Shown here: piece after piece, positions 12,356-26,729 of the stretch
How the letters are laid out: each line of letters starts with the position of its first letter
Numbering within the stretch: the first letter of the stretch is position 1
Assembly (NCBI GenBank): GCA_964016885.1
Contig: OZ024740.1
Location: forward strand, 62,310,001 to 62,374,000
DNA: 64,000 nucleotides
Source: Eledone cirrhosa
Lineage: Eukaryota
Reading direction: 5' to 3'
Position numbers and translations under genes: made by a program
Notes under the pieces: generated by a model
What the model was told of the DNA's origin: nothing
Databases searched by the model: none
The model's input: only the letters and a program-made list of their open reading frames with translations

Positions 12356-15177
12356 TCAGGTGTAGTTTTGGCGTATTTCGGGAAGCATGAGTGTCTTAAA
12401 GGATGCAGTGTCTCGGCAGCTAACAATTGACGCAGGCAGATTGTTCCATGCTTCAGCAACTCTGAGCGTGAAAAAATGTCTGCGAAAGTCATGGGAGCTG
12501 TGCTGTTTTCTTATCTTGTAGGCATGTCCACGTGTGTTAGACACATGGAGATCAAAGAGGCGCTCAGGGTTGCAGTTGGCGAGATGGTTAAAAACTTTGT
12601 GGGTATTCACCAAGTCCATTGCCAGACGTCGGAGCTTCAATGAATCCATGCCCAGAGAAGCAAGGCGTTCAGAGTATGGTAGGTGTCTGATGGAGGGTAT
12701 GCGCTTGGTTGCACGTCTCTGAACAGTTTCCAGGAGGTCAATGTTCCGAGCAAGATAGGGGTTCCAGACTGATGATGCGAATTCCAAGTGTGGTCGCACC
12801 ATAGCTGTATACAGTTTTAAATGGATGGCTGGAGAGCGGCTAACAAAGGTCTTGCTGAGTGATGCCAAGACACCCTCGGCCTTCTTGACACTCTTAGAGA
12901 CATGCTTTGTCCAACGCAAATCGTTGCTGACAGTAATGCCCAGGTCACGTTCACAAGAGGACTTTTTGATGTCAGTGTTGTGGAGGGAGTATGTGGACAC
13001 TGGATTTTTCCTTCCAAAATGCATGGTGGTACACTTGTCCACAGCCAGCTTCAGTTGCCAGTCTGTGATCCATTGCTGCATTGTGTCCAGGTCTGACTGT
13101 AGGAAAGAGTTGTAAATTTCAGGATCAGTCCTTTTAATTTCAAGGTACAGCTTGATGTCATCTGCATATTTTAGTACCGTGGCATTCTGTAAGTTGGCAT
13201 CTATGTCATTAATATATGCCACAAACAAAAGAGGACCAAGAACAGATCCCTGTGGTACACCAGATGACATCTCATATGGTGAAGAATGCTGTCCTATAAC
13301 CGTGACTACTTCCTTTCGGCTGAGAATGAAGGATTTCAGCCAGTCGAAAAGATCATCCCTCACACCCATTGCAGAGAGTTTTGCCATAAGTCTTTTGTGT
13401 GGCACAGAATTAAAAGCCTTAGCAAAGTCAAGGTAAACAACATCCACCCATGAGCCGCTGTCAGTGATCCGGGTGATGTCCTCAAGGAACTCAATAAGCT
13501 GATCACAGCAGCTGGAGTTAGGGATAAATCCAAACTGTGAGGGCCGGATGAGGCTGTGAGAGCTCCAGAAGTTCCAAAGTGTTTCTCTGACACAGGATTC
13601 CATCAGTTTGGCCATACAGCTAGTAAGACTGACTGGACGATAGTTGACAGGTGACATGCGGTTGCCCTTTTTGAACAGGGGAATGACACTGGCAGTTTTC
13701 CACTGCTCCGGAGTAGCACCATTGCTGAGACAGTATTGAAAGAAAAAAGAAAGCTGGCGCAAAAGGAAATCCCCGCCACGTTTGAGAAGCAGGTATGTCA
13801 CACCATCAAGACCAGGGGAGGCATAGTTGCGCTTATTCTTAAGGTGACGTCGCAACATTGCAGGTGTAAATTCCATAGTTGTTATGGAATTTGATGTTAG
13901 AGATGGTGGAGATGGTACATCCTGGTTTTCAACCGTAAAAATACTTGCATAGCACTCAGCAATGAGTTCTGCGCATTCCTTGGGATCGTCAGTGATCTGG
14001 CTTGTGTGGGGATTGCGAAGAGGACCAACTGGAGAGTGAGGTCTCTGCTTTGAATGAACATATTTCCAGAACACCTTACTGTCAGGATTGGTTGCGATGC
14101 ACTGTTCAAATTCAAGCACTGCCCTCTTTGTCACTTGCTTGAGATGGTTAGAAGATTTATTCCGCTTTTTTCTGTTGGCATCTGATCTATGCAGTTTATA
14201 TTCCCGTTCAGCGTTCCGACGTTCTTTCCTGGCAAGTCGGACCGCTGAAGTTTCCCAGATTGCACTTTTGGGGTGGTTATTTTTCCGCTTCCGTGGCACT
14301 GATGCTGCACACGCTATCCATATTGAGTCCAGGATGCTCTGGAGTATAGAGTTCACATCTCCAGAGTTATACATCTCATGCCAGTTTGGGCGCTGTAGCT
14401 CAGTGCAGTACAAGTTCCAATCCGCCCTCTTCCAATCAAAGCAAGCAGATTGGAGATGGCTCTGGTTTTTGTTGCTGCCCTCAAGTGCCAGATTGGCAAT
14501 GATCATAGCATGATCAGAGTCGCCTAGAGGTTCCTCAGTAGTACAACTGATAACCACTTCAGGAGTAGTGGTGAAGATCAGGTCCAAAGTGTTGTCACCT
14601 CTTGTTGGAGAGGTGACTACTTGTGACCAGTTTGAGTCCAGCACTAGTTCAAGGAAATCGTTTGCACCCTGTGTCCAACGAAAGGTTTCCCAATCGATCT
14701 CAGGATGATTGAAGTCACCTGCAATAAACACATAAGTGGCTGTTTTCTTGGCAGCAACTCTGAGGATATCTCAGAGCTGTGTGTCCTGATGGTAGTTTGG
14801 GGGGCGATAAACAACACCAAGCAGAAGTGTTGACATGGTCATACGTATGTCACAGAAAAAAACTTCTTCCTGTGATTCGTTCAAATCAACGCAAGGAATT
14901 ACCGAAAAGTTTGAACGAACGTAGACCATCACACCACCACCACGGCGGTTAATGCGGTCCTTGCGGAAAAGGTTGTACCCAGTAATGGTGAAAACCCCAT
15001 CACAGAGTAAGGAATGTGCCCATGTTTCCGTGACTGTGATGAAGTCAGGGTCGATGCTTCTGACGTAGGATTCGAACAGATGTATCTTGTTGCATAAACT
15101 GCGAGCATTTAAGGACAACAATTTGTACCCTGCTCGCAGTTTATGATGGTGTGTAGAGGGTGGCAGGTTGTTCTGGT
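12356..15177 (-). pseudogene. CR1-type ORF2 (AP endonuclease + reverse transcriptase) with a single in-frame TGA at 14771-14773
   Basis: ORFs 14771-15121 and 12356-14731 are in the same frame. Motifs: LNARSL, ITVTETW, RGGGV, YRPP, GDFN, LDLIF, SDH, NYRPVSL, QFGF, YLDFAKAF, SGVPQGSVLGP, YADD, ERDLG, RPHLEFASSVWNP. Confidence 0.92.
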
Positions 15178-16406
<1,229 letters not shown>

Positions 16407-16422
16407 TATATATATATATATA

Positions 16423-16615
16423 TGCGCAGTGTGACAAGAAGCTTGCTTCCCAACCACATGTTTCTGGGTTCAGTTCCACGGCCCGGGCCGACCAAGTGGA
16501 TTTGATAGACCGAAACTAAAAGAAGCGCGTCGTATATATGTATATATGTCTGCGTGTGTCTTTGCATTTGCGCTTCCACCAATGCTTGTTGGTTTGTTGA
16601 CGTCCCCATAACTAA
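16423..16615 (+). mobile_element. Second SINE-like family (…aagaagcttgcttcccaaccacatg..ctgggttcagt…)
   Basis: B-box-like GGGTTCAGT; related decayed copies at ~3120-3250 (+), 5597-5735 (+), 51010-51178 (-) and 58100-58225 (-). Confidence 0.6.
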
Positions 16616-16669
16616 CCAAGGTGATGCTCCAGCATGGGCGTAGTCCAGAGACAGAAAAAAAGTAAAATG

Positions 16670-16704
<35 letters not shown>

Positions 16705-16707
16705 AGA

Positions 16708-17116
16708 AGAGGGGTTTCAAACTGAAGGACATAAAAGGGCCATTACATCCTGGAGGAGAGGCATAGTGGGTCAAACGTGGTGGTGGAGGATGATTTTCAC
16801 CAGTTATAATCATTTCTACTATAGGCACAAGGCATGAAATTTAGGGTTTAGGGTCCTGTCGATTACATCGATCCCAGTTCACAACTGGTACTTAATTTAT
16901 CGACCCCAACAAAAGGATGAAAGGCAAAGTTGAGATCGGCGGAATTTGAACTTGGAACGTAAAAATGGAAGAAGTACCGCTAAGCATTTCGCCAGATGTG
17001 CTAACGATTCCACCAGCTCACTGCCTTATTTTCACCAGTTATAATGGAATCTGAAATATTGGTTCTACCACGGGCCATAGAAAAGTAGTTCGCAGGCCGT
17101 ATGTTTGAGCCCCCTG
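16708..17116. mobile_element. hAT-like MITE hosting a SINE
   Basis: Imperfect TIRs gaggggtttcaaac and gtttgagccccctg. Confidence 0.5.
16811..17027 (-). mobile_element. tRNA-derived SINE with 18-bp TSD
   Basis: Reverse-complemented core and B box; attttcaccagttataat at 16793-16810 and 17028-17045. Confidence 0.88.
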
Positions 17117-17129
17117 TTGGAGAGATAGA

Positions 17130-17690
17130 TATGTTTCTTTATTAGCCACAGGGGCACAAAAGAAGGAGACAAATACAAAGGGGGAAGTTTACATACAATA
17201 AAAATGTGTAAAATATTATCACAAATGTAATTTAAAAGTTAATCGATTTTCCCCAATGGGGGGGGGGGGGGGGGGGCATTTCATATAGGTAACACATACC
17301 CCCGAAAAAAATGCGCAACCCTCATTTCCAGGAGTACGAAGAGTTTGTACCCCTTTCCTCTCTTCTTCCTTTTCCTCAACCTACAGGCTGATATAGAGAG
17401 CAGGCCCATTCACTCACGCCATTCTCGCCACTTTCACCCACCTTTCATAAAACTTGCTGGGATACAGCACCTCTCTCTCCATCCTGATTCTTCTTTCAAA
17501 GTGGTATTTGAAAAAAAGAATCAGTTGTTGGCCGGAGAGAAAGGTGTCTGACCTCAGCCCTTTTAACCTCGTCCACCATACAACCTCTTTCGCCATAGCT
17601 ATCACACAAAGGAAAACCGCCTCTCCTTCGTTTTTGAAGGAGGGTGGCAGTTTGATTATGATAATGGACTCGGTGGTCACGTGTACCAAA
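17130..17690 (-). mobile_element. 3' fragment of an L1/Tx1-like LINE
   Basis: C-terminal-like peptide AVFLCVIAMAKEVVWWTR...FFKYHFERRIRMERE...FYERW followed by a pyrimidine-rich 3' UTR with AATAAA. Confidence 0.5.
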
Positions 17691-17729
17691 CACACACACA
17701 CACACATTTCTTACTCTCTCTGTCTCTCC

Positions 17730-17760
<31 letters not shown>

Positions 17761-17823
17761 CATATATATACATATATAAATATATACATAATATACAAAG
17801 CGGTACAAGCCATGTATAAGGGA

Positions 17824-19230
17824 GCAGTCAGCAAAGTTAGGATTAGCAATGAGTATAGCGGGAATTTAGCGTACAGGTTGGGGTCCACCAGGGCTCTGTT
17901 CTTAGCCCTCTCCTGTTCATCATAGTCCTGCAGGCAATAACGGAGGAATTTAAGACCGGATGCCCATGGGAACTCCTGTATTCTGATGACCTCGCACTCA
18001 TAGCTGAATCTATGATAGAACTAGAGAATAAATTCAAAACCTGGAAGCAGGGACTAGAGAGAAAGGGTCTCAAAGTCAACATGACAAAGACTAAGGTCCT
18101 TGTAAGTAGACGAGAAAACAGAACCCAGATCCCCTCAGGGAAATGGCCTTGCTCAGTATGTAGGAAAGGTGTAGGTAGGAACTCCATTCTCTGCCCCAAA
18201 TGCAAACAATGGGTACACAAGAGATGTAGCGGGATCTCAGGAAGCTTAATTAAGAATGTAGGATTCACATGCAGCAGCTGTGCTGAAACAGCAAGCAGCA
18301 AACAGCCACAGGAAACAAGTACCACCAATCTCTGGGAGGGCCCTGTAGAAACAGTAGACAGCTTCTGCTACCTAGGTGACCGAATTAGCAACGGAGGTGG
18401 GTGTTCAGAAAGTACAATAACTAGGGTAAGAACGGGATGGAAGAAGTTTAGGGAACTACTACCACTGCTAGCTGCAAAAGGCTTCTCCCTCAGAATGAAA
18501 GGCAGACTGTATGATGCGTGTATCCGAACAGCGATGTTGCATGGTAGTGAGACCTGGGCGCTGAAGGTGGAAGACTTACGTAGATTAGAGAGCCTGCATG
18601 CTCCGATGGATGTGTAATAGTAATATACGTGAACGACGAAGCATAAATGAATTGAGAGAGAGACTGAGCATAAGAGGAATCAAATGCCGTGTGCAGGAGA
18701 GGCGGTTACGCTGGTATGGACATGTGATGCGTATGAAGGATGACAGCTGCATAAAAAGGTGCAGAGCACTAGAAGTTGATGGAAACCGCGGAGTGGGGAG
18801 ACCCAAGATGACCTGGGATGAGGTGATAAAAGCAGACCTTACCCAATTACACCTCTCAAAGACAATGACACACGACCATGACTTCTGGCGTCACGCAGTA
18901 ATACAGAGTACCCGACCTCCCATGGGTACATGCTGAAGCATATAAACAATATGCCCCCACCGCAAGGTGGTCGTGGAGGTGCCACGGCAAAAAAGCACCC
19001 AGCCCACACTGTAAAGTGGACGTGTAGGCGCCACGAAAAAGCACCCAGCACTCACTGTAAATGAGGTTGGTGTTAGGAAGGGCATCCAGCTGTAGAAATC
19101 AAGCCAGATCAGTTCCTGTATGAGCAAGGCATGGTCAGCCGACCAGACACTGCACACAACAGGACAACCCGTCTAACCCATGCTAGCGTGGAAGAACGGA
19201 CGTAAAACGGTGATGATGATGGTGATGATG
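17824..19230 (+). mobile_element. 5'-truncated RTE LINE (PHD-containing family), frameshifted
   Basis: [52 protein letters not shown]. ORFs 18012-18617 and 18598-18936 are split by a small deletion; (GAT)n tail. Confidence 0.92.
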
Positions 19231-19287
19231 ATACATATATATACATATATATATATACATATATATATATATACATATATATATATA

Positions 19288-19940
19288 TCATCATCATCAT
19301 CATCATCAGGTTTAGCGTCCGTGTTCCACGCTTGCATGGGTTTGGACGGGGTTTTCCCACTTGAGGCAAGAGTGGTTGTCTTGCTCGCATAGGACTGTCT
19401 GGCGGGTTTTCTACAGTTGGATGCCCTTCCTAACACCAACCACATTTACAGTGTGGGGCTGGGAGGTTTTTACCGTGTTGCCTACACGGCCACATTACAG
19501 CGTGGACTGTCTGGCGGGTTTTCTACAGCTGGATTCCCTTCCTAACACCAACCACATTTACAGTGTGGGGCTGGGAGGTTTTTACCGTGTTGCCTACACG
19601 GCCACATTTACAGCGTGGACTGTGTGTTTTTTGTCGTGACACCTACACGATCTCATTTGTTTCGGCCTGGATGTTGTGGGACCAACATAACTTTACATTG
19701 AAAGGGGCGGTGTGGGTGGGGTGGAGGTGGTGGGACGGGGGTGTGTTTTGATAGAGATGCCTACTGACTGTAGTAGGTTTTTACTTTGTATTTAGGTAAG
19801 GCGGGTCTTCTCTATTACTGAGTACCGCCAAAGGTCTCGGTCCAGTGACATTGTCTTGGAGAGGTGTAAGCGTGTGAGGTCGGAATTTATCAGCTCGTCC
19901 CATGTTTTTCTGGGTCTGCCTACTCCGTGGCTACCGTCTA

Positions 19941-19941
<1 letters not shown>
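19288..19941 (-). mobile_element. RTE 3' end (variant with internal ~118-bp duplication)
   Basis: Nearly identical to 54120-54775; lies tail-to-tail with the preceding element. Confidence 0.9.
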
Positions 19942-19982
<41 letters not shown>

Positions 19983-20319
19983 CTAATACCTTTCTGATGA
20001 TCTTGTTAAGCTAACATCGTATTTAAAATTGAGTGGCACAGCTTCAAGTGTTCAGCAATTTTTAGACAACTTAATCAGTGAAACAATTGTTAATACTGTA
20101 AATAAAACCCTTTTTTGTACTGTTGACCATGTAATTCTTCACTCTTTCAATATATATATATGGCGTTGTTATTTGACGTTGTTGAAAAGAGCAGTGGCTT
20201 TTGACCCGCCAATAAAAACTGGAGACAAAATTCTTTCTGTCCCAAAAACAAGGCACACACAGACACGCACATAACTTTGTTTGTGTGTGTTAATGCGCGC
20301 GCGCGTGTATGTATCTATC

Positions 20320-20371
<52 letters not shown>

Positions 20372-21775
20372 ACAGATATTGTTTGTTCACTGTCACCAAA
20401 CATCTCAATTCATTCATTGCAACTAAGTTTGTGATCGAGGCACTTTATTTTGCAAGGTACTATTTTTCGCTTGAGTTTGTGATTCAAGAGAAAGGTAAGA
20501 ATTTATTCATATTTTGCATCTTTTGTATTTTGACTTTACAGTTTCAATTATAGAATTGTCTATCCACTCAAAATATTACAACAGCTAACAGTGAAATATA
20601 GAATTTAAAAAAAAAAGCTTTTTCGACTGAGATCAAATCTTTAAGAACATTCACGTCTTGTTTTTTTAAATATATAATTTGAAAAAGCTTGCTTTTGTTT
20701 TGGACTGAAACTTTTTGGTATTTAATTTGTACGAGTATTTTTAAAGATCATTTTAAAGATTCTAACATAACTTGATTTGGCTCAGTAATCTACTGATATT
20801 AAAATCAGTAGTATATTGAAAAATGGAAAAATAGGGGCAAAGGTTTGGCCGAAATGGGTTGAGAACCTTTGCTGTAATTCATTGTAAATCATTGTAAAAT
20901 TAACCAAGTCAATCTCATTCATCTTAAGGGGATTTAATTTGTTGCTTTGTTTAAAACCATTGCATTGTCTTTACCTGAGTCTACTCCATTGTAAGCAATT
21001 GAACCAGGTCTATGGTTTGAAGATACCTTCCTCTTACTCACCAGCCTTGGAGGCCCTGAAAAGGGCCATGAGTACTACTGTTCCTTCCTTGACAAAACAG
21101 TTTTAAAAAATCTATTTGATGTTAAATGGACTTATGTTTATGAAATCATTTTGTATAGAGCAGCATGTGTGATATTTCTAATATTTTAATAAGATAACTG
21201 AATATTTGAATAAGCTGAATATATTTGATATGCGAAACAAAGGTAATAGTTGTAGAAAGAGAAATGGCAAAAGAGTTTATATAAGCTGATAGAATATTAG
21301 TAATTTTTATGTTGACTAGGCTGAGGGTTAAGTGTCTTGAAAATTTTTTAGAGAATGCCACTATTATAGGACTGAAATAAGACTGTTATATTTGAACTCA
21401 ATGTTTCGATGAATTTAACTTGAGTGTTTTAATGATAAGGGCTCCAGTCCTATAATGTCACTATTTTTCTGGTGATAGGAAGCAGAATTTGAATTCAAAA
21501 TGCACAGAACCAGATGAGATATAGCAAGGTATGGAATTTGACTTATGTTTAGTTCTACCTTAGCATGATATTAATGTGCCTTCACATTTGCACATTTTTT
21601 CTGTCATTATTTATTGTTCAGATTTACATCAACTAGAAATTTCTTTATAAAACAGTGACATGTCTACAACATAATGGTCTGTACATGTCTAATTTAGTTG
21701 TGCTAAGATTTTTATAACAAAAACTTCTATCTTTATTTATTCTATGATACTAAACTGTTTGCTATAAAAGTATTT

Positions 21776-22555
21776 ATCATCATCATCACCGTTTTTCCAT
21801 GCTAGCATGGGTTCGACCAGTTGTTCTATTGCGGGCAATGCTAGGTCAGGTGACCATGTCTTGCTCATACAGAACTGATTTTAGCTTCGTTTCTACAGCT
21901 GGATGCCCTTCCTAACACCAACCTCATTTACAATGAGTACTGAGTGCCTTTTGTCGTGATACCTACATGACTACTTTACAGTGTGGGCTGGGTGCTTTTT
22001 GTCATGCCACCTACATGACCACACTAAAGTGGGAGGGTGGGGTGGGGCATACTGTATATATGCTTCAGCTTCAGCCTATGCCTATGGGAAGTCGGGTCTT
22101 CTGTATTACTGTATAACGCCAGAGATCTTGGTCCTGTGTCATCGCCTTTGAGAAGTGCAATTGGGCAAGGTCAGCTTTTATCACCTCATCCCAAGTCTTT
22201 CTGGGTCTCCCCACTCCAAGGCGGAAGCCGAGAGCTTTATACCTTTTTATGCAGCTGTCATCCTTCATACATATCACATGTCCATACCAACATTATCTCC
22301 TCTCCTGCATACAGCATCTGATTCCTCTTATGTCTAGTTTCTCTCTCAGTTTGTTTATGCTTTGTTGTTCAAGTTTATTACTGTTACACATCCATCGGAG
22401 CATGCAAGCTTTGTTTCTTTCCAATCTATGCAAGTCTTCTGCACACAGCGTCCATGTTTCACTACCATGCAATATTGCTGTTCATATGCACACATCATAC
22501 AGTCTGCCTTTCATTCTGAGGGAAAAGCCTTTTGTAGCTAGCAGTGGTAGTAGTT
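21776..22555 (-). mobile_element. Decayed RTE 3' fragment (same family)
   Basis: [25 protein letters not shown] plus the 3' UTR and (CAT)n tail. Confidence 0.88.
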
Positions 22556-22932
22556 ACCTGTTCTAAAACACCAGCTTAATAATGAGAGGATTATTTATAT
22601 TACTAAATCCTTTCAAATTCTTATTTGAAAATCATGTTTTTTTCCTTTTTTTAACTATGGTAATGAAAAAGTTAAGGCTGAATGAGAAATATTCTAATGA
22701 AAGTATAAGAGTATGTTCAGAAGATAGATCTAATAAAATTTCTCAGTAATATTTTCTTCTGACTGGAAGAAAATGAATTCAGTCATTACATATGGTATTT
22801 TTTTTATTTTTTATATATAGTAAATCATATGATAGGACAATATTTACCAATAAAAATATAAAAGAAATACTTTTATTTCACTACGTTTATAAAACTGCTT
22901 TATCTTGGTGAACATATATGGCATTTATTATT

Positions 22933-23029
22933 ATTTTGCCTTTCATCCTTACGGGGTCGATAAAATAAAGTACCAGTAATGTACTGGGTATTTGCTGGCC
23001 TTGTGCCAAAAGTAGAAACAATTATTATT
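22933..23029 (+). mobile_element. SINE 3' half
   Basis: Near-identical to 4846-4936; similar truncated copies at 50711-50822 and 58405-58500. Confidence 0.85.
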
Positions 23030-25188
23030 TCGATGGGATGGGTATATTTTATTTGACAGACCAAGTTAAGAGTTGTTGAAGTGTAACTAAAGTGCTTTGT
23101 CAAATCAGCATTTATAGCTATAGAGAGAAATAGCAACATAGTTTATAGAAGTTGACATAACAAACACATCATTCTCTTTATAGAATTTAAAAAAAAAAAA
23201 AATAAGTTCGTGAAACTTAGGTTGTTTTGTTAATTTAGTGCAATACTCTGAGCCAACACAAAAGTTGACTCAACTTCTTGACCTTGTAAGGGAGACAAGT
23301 TAGACTTTACTTTGAATGTAGGCAAATCAAATTTAAAATCAAAATTTTTAATCCTATCTACTTTTTATCATAATGTGTCATTAAGACTTTATTCCAAAAT
23401 CAAAGTTTTTAATCAGTTAGATATTACTAAAAAATTCTCGTAAATTCCTTGAGTTCCGAGAATTTTGAATCCTTTTCAACCAATCTACCTTCACCTCCTA
23501 TATTATATCCTATCCTATATATTATGTGTATCTCGGATTTTAGAATAGGTATACTGTATCCTTGCGTGATGTACAGGGCGACAAGGGTTGGCACCAAGAA
23601 AAGCATCCAGCTGTAAAATATTGCCTCAAGACATCGCATCCAACGCATGCCATCCTTGAAAAGAGGACGTAAAAATGGTGATGATATTAAAATGATGACA
23701 AATTCGTTTAAACGTACAAAAATAAATTTAATTTAATGAGAAATAAAATATAATGTTCCTCGATATAAAATTTAAGAACGAATTAAAAAAAGAGAAAATA
23801 TTTTATGTATTTGATTATTCAATGAAAAAAAAAAAAAAGAAAACCCTTCAAAGAAAATAAACAAAGTAATTAATTTTTATTCACAGTTGTATAAATAACA
23901 TTACACATTGTTCACAATTCTTTCAGAATGGAAATATAAAAACAAATATACACATATGACAAATACAATGAACTTTACAAATACAACGCACCAAAATATA
24001 CGACTAGAGCGAGAGAAAGAAGAAAAAAAATGGGATACAAAAACAAAAAACAACCGTCAATTCACACTAAGTGCGACAATTGGCTGCACAGCACAAGGGC
24101 CAACGGAAATTTTTAAGGCAAGTCAACACTCTCGCGGATGATGGCAAAGCTAAGGAGCGGAAACAACCGGACACCCTCGTCAATGATGACAAGAATTTCG
24201 CTGTCAGTGGCCCAACTCCAATAAGTCGGAGTCTCGACGGAGCCGGCTTCCCGTCACAACTGGAGATGTTGGCCTCGACCTTGGTAATGGTAAGCGCACC
24301 GACGGAATAAACCTCTTCTCATACAACGGAGGTAAATTCTTTATATGGAGCGCGATGTATTGCGACTCGTTCTCTGCTTCCAACCCGAGCAACGCCACCT
24401 GCAAAGCAGGGGAGAGGCAGATAACTAAATACAGGAGTTTAGCCGACCGGTTCTTTTCGTACAGGTCGTCATTGAGACCTCAAGTGTCCTCAGTCCCAAC
24501 ATTGCTGATTTCCTTCGTAAAATCAGAAATACAGCAGCCAGCTCGAGGAAAGAGGCCGGTGAGGTGGGGTGGCTATCGCTGACCATTCTCCGCAACAGTG
24601 CCTTCGCCTTTCTATCTGCCGAAACACCGCTCGGACCAGGGGTGTAGATTTGACGCTCTTCCCCTCTTCCTTTCTTTCGCTGCTTAATTCTTTTTCTTTG
24701 TTTTCATATATCAGTTTTTTTTTGTTTTGTTTTTTTCAGGTATAGTATTGAATTTATACACGTTTATAATATTTATATAACTGAATAAAATTTACAATGG
24801 ATTAAAAAAAATAGTTAACACTAGAAAACCCAATGAATTAAAAATTGATTTCTTCAGAAGACACACACAAAAATAAAACAAAAAACAAAACAACTCTCGT
24901 ACTTTTATAATTAAAGAATGAGATGTGACGTTTATATTTTCTCAAGGTCATTTAGCAACTGTAATAGAAGTATTATGTATTTTCGAAACTGGGTTGCAAA
25001 CACGACCGGACAACCGGCCGGTATTTTATCTCTACACTACACAACAGCACATTCACGAAGAATGTGAATTATATATATATATATACATATATATATTTAT
25101 ATATATATAAATATATATACCGTATGTGTTATATTATATATTATATATATAATATATATATATTCTACATATATATATATATATATTC

Positions 25189-25280
<92 letters not shown>

Positions 25281-25351
25281 AGTATGTACACGTACATACA
25301 TATATGTATACAGATGTACAGTAGTATGTATATATATATACATACATGCAC

Positions 25352-25394
25352 ACGTTGCTGACGATAGCTAATAAGCTTGAAACTAGTACAGCGT
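25352..25394 (+). ncRNA. Minimal type I hammerhead ribozyme (family A)
   Basis: ACGTTG-CTGACGA-T-AGCT-AATA-AGCT-T-GAAA-CTAG-TA^CAGCGT: intact core, 6-bp stem I, 4-bp stem II, palindromic stem/loop III. Confidence 0.85.
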
Positions 25395-25654
25395 TCCTTT
25401 GTCAGTGTTGAACAAACGAGCAACGATGGTTGCTAGACACTACGGCTCAATACGGGATGTTTGTTTACAAACACACCGAGCATTATAATAAATGTTCTGT
25501 GAATCCATACGTACATATATATATGTGTGCATGTATGTATATATATATACATACTACTGTACGTCTGTATACATATATGTATGTACGTGTACATACTTAT
25601 ATTTAAGTAACAGCCGTACTAAGAGTGGGAAATGAAATTTCTTTCATTTTTTCC

Positions 25655-25784
<130 letters not shown>

Positions 25785-26001
25785 GTATATATATAAATAT
25801 ATATATGTAAATATAAGTAGAAGTTGCATTTAATTTGTTGGAAGTCCGACAAACATAAATGTTTATAACTGATTTAGAGCGCTCAACAAATTACTGGAGT
25901 AAATATTCAATGATATTAAAAAGCGTACCAATGTTGTCTTGGTTGCCCTTGAAATATATATAATATAATAGAATAAATATGGTTTTATATATATAACGAA
26001 G

Positions 26002-26209
26002 GAATAATAACAGGTAGACATCATAAAAAAGGTAATTTATTCCGAGTGCTTACAAATGTTTCAACAGTAGTTTACAGCCTAGTCATGCTATGTGCAGATT
26101 GGTAATTATCTGTAATTATTTGCAGAAACTCAATTTTCAAATGCTACTTCTACCGTTTCCTCAGAGCGGAATAAATTACCTTTTTTATGATGTCTACCTG
26201 TTATTATTC
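26002..26209 (-). ncRNA. Type I hammerhead ribozyme (family B) with extended stem II, closed by a 43-bp perfect inverted repeat
   Basis: Minus strand: GCT-CTGAGGA-AACGGTAG-(79 nt)-CTACTGTT-GAAA-CATTTG-TA^AGC. Arms at 26002-26044 and 26167-26209. Confidence 0.75.
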
Positions 26210-26371
26210 ATTCTTTATCTCCACTCCGGAATACAGAAGGATCAGAAAGTGAGTTTCTTCAACTATTCTTCCATAACTCGTTGAGTAACTCCTCACCGTA
26301 GGTCAACTCTATCTAATGTAGTAATTAACCATTACTGCATTCAGGATAATCCTAAGCATTTCTTGCATAAC

Positions 26372-26413
<42 letters not shown>

Positions 26414-26452
26414 ATATTAACAAAATGGAAACTATATTTATAAAACCATATT

Positions 26453-26518
26453 TATTTTATTATACATATTTCAAGGGCCACCAAGGCAAATTATGGTGTG
26501 CTTTCATCAGATAAAATA
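26453..26518 (-). ncRNA. Type I hammerhead ribozyme (family C), left palindrome arm
   Basis: Exact reverse complement of 26664-26729. Confidence 0.75.
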
Positions 26519-26663
26519 CAATACAGATTAGTTTTATAAATAAATATTGACATACCCTGAAAAAAAGACAACCTTAACGGTTGGAGCTGCCTGGATAGGA
26601 ACCGTTAAGGTTGTCTTTTTTTCAGGGTATGTCAATATTTATTTATAAAACTAATCTGTATTG

Positions 26664-26729
26664 TATTTTATCTGATGAAAGCACACCATAATTTGCCTTG
26701 GTGGCCCTTGAAATATGTATAATAAAATA
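26664..26729 (+). ncRNA. Type I hammerhead ribozyme (family C), right palindrome arm
   Basis: TATTTTAT-CTGATGA-aagcacacca..tggtggccctt-GAAA-TATGTA-TA^ATAAAATA: 8-bp stem I, imperfect stem II, self-complementary UAUGUA. Confidence 0.75.

Noticed and set aside
16841-16855. TTAGGG-like motif
   Set aside because: Two imperfect units within a SINE tail; not a telomeric array or template.
24440-24497. Minus-strand CTGAGGA...aggtc/gacct...GAAA resembling a hammerhead
   Set aside because: No pairable stem III/UH or stem I; likely chance.
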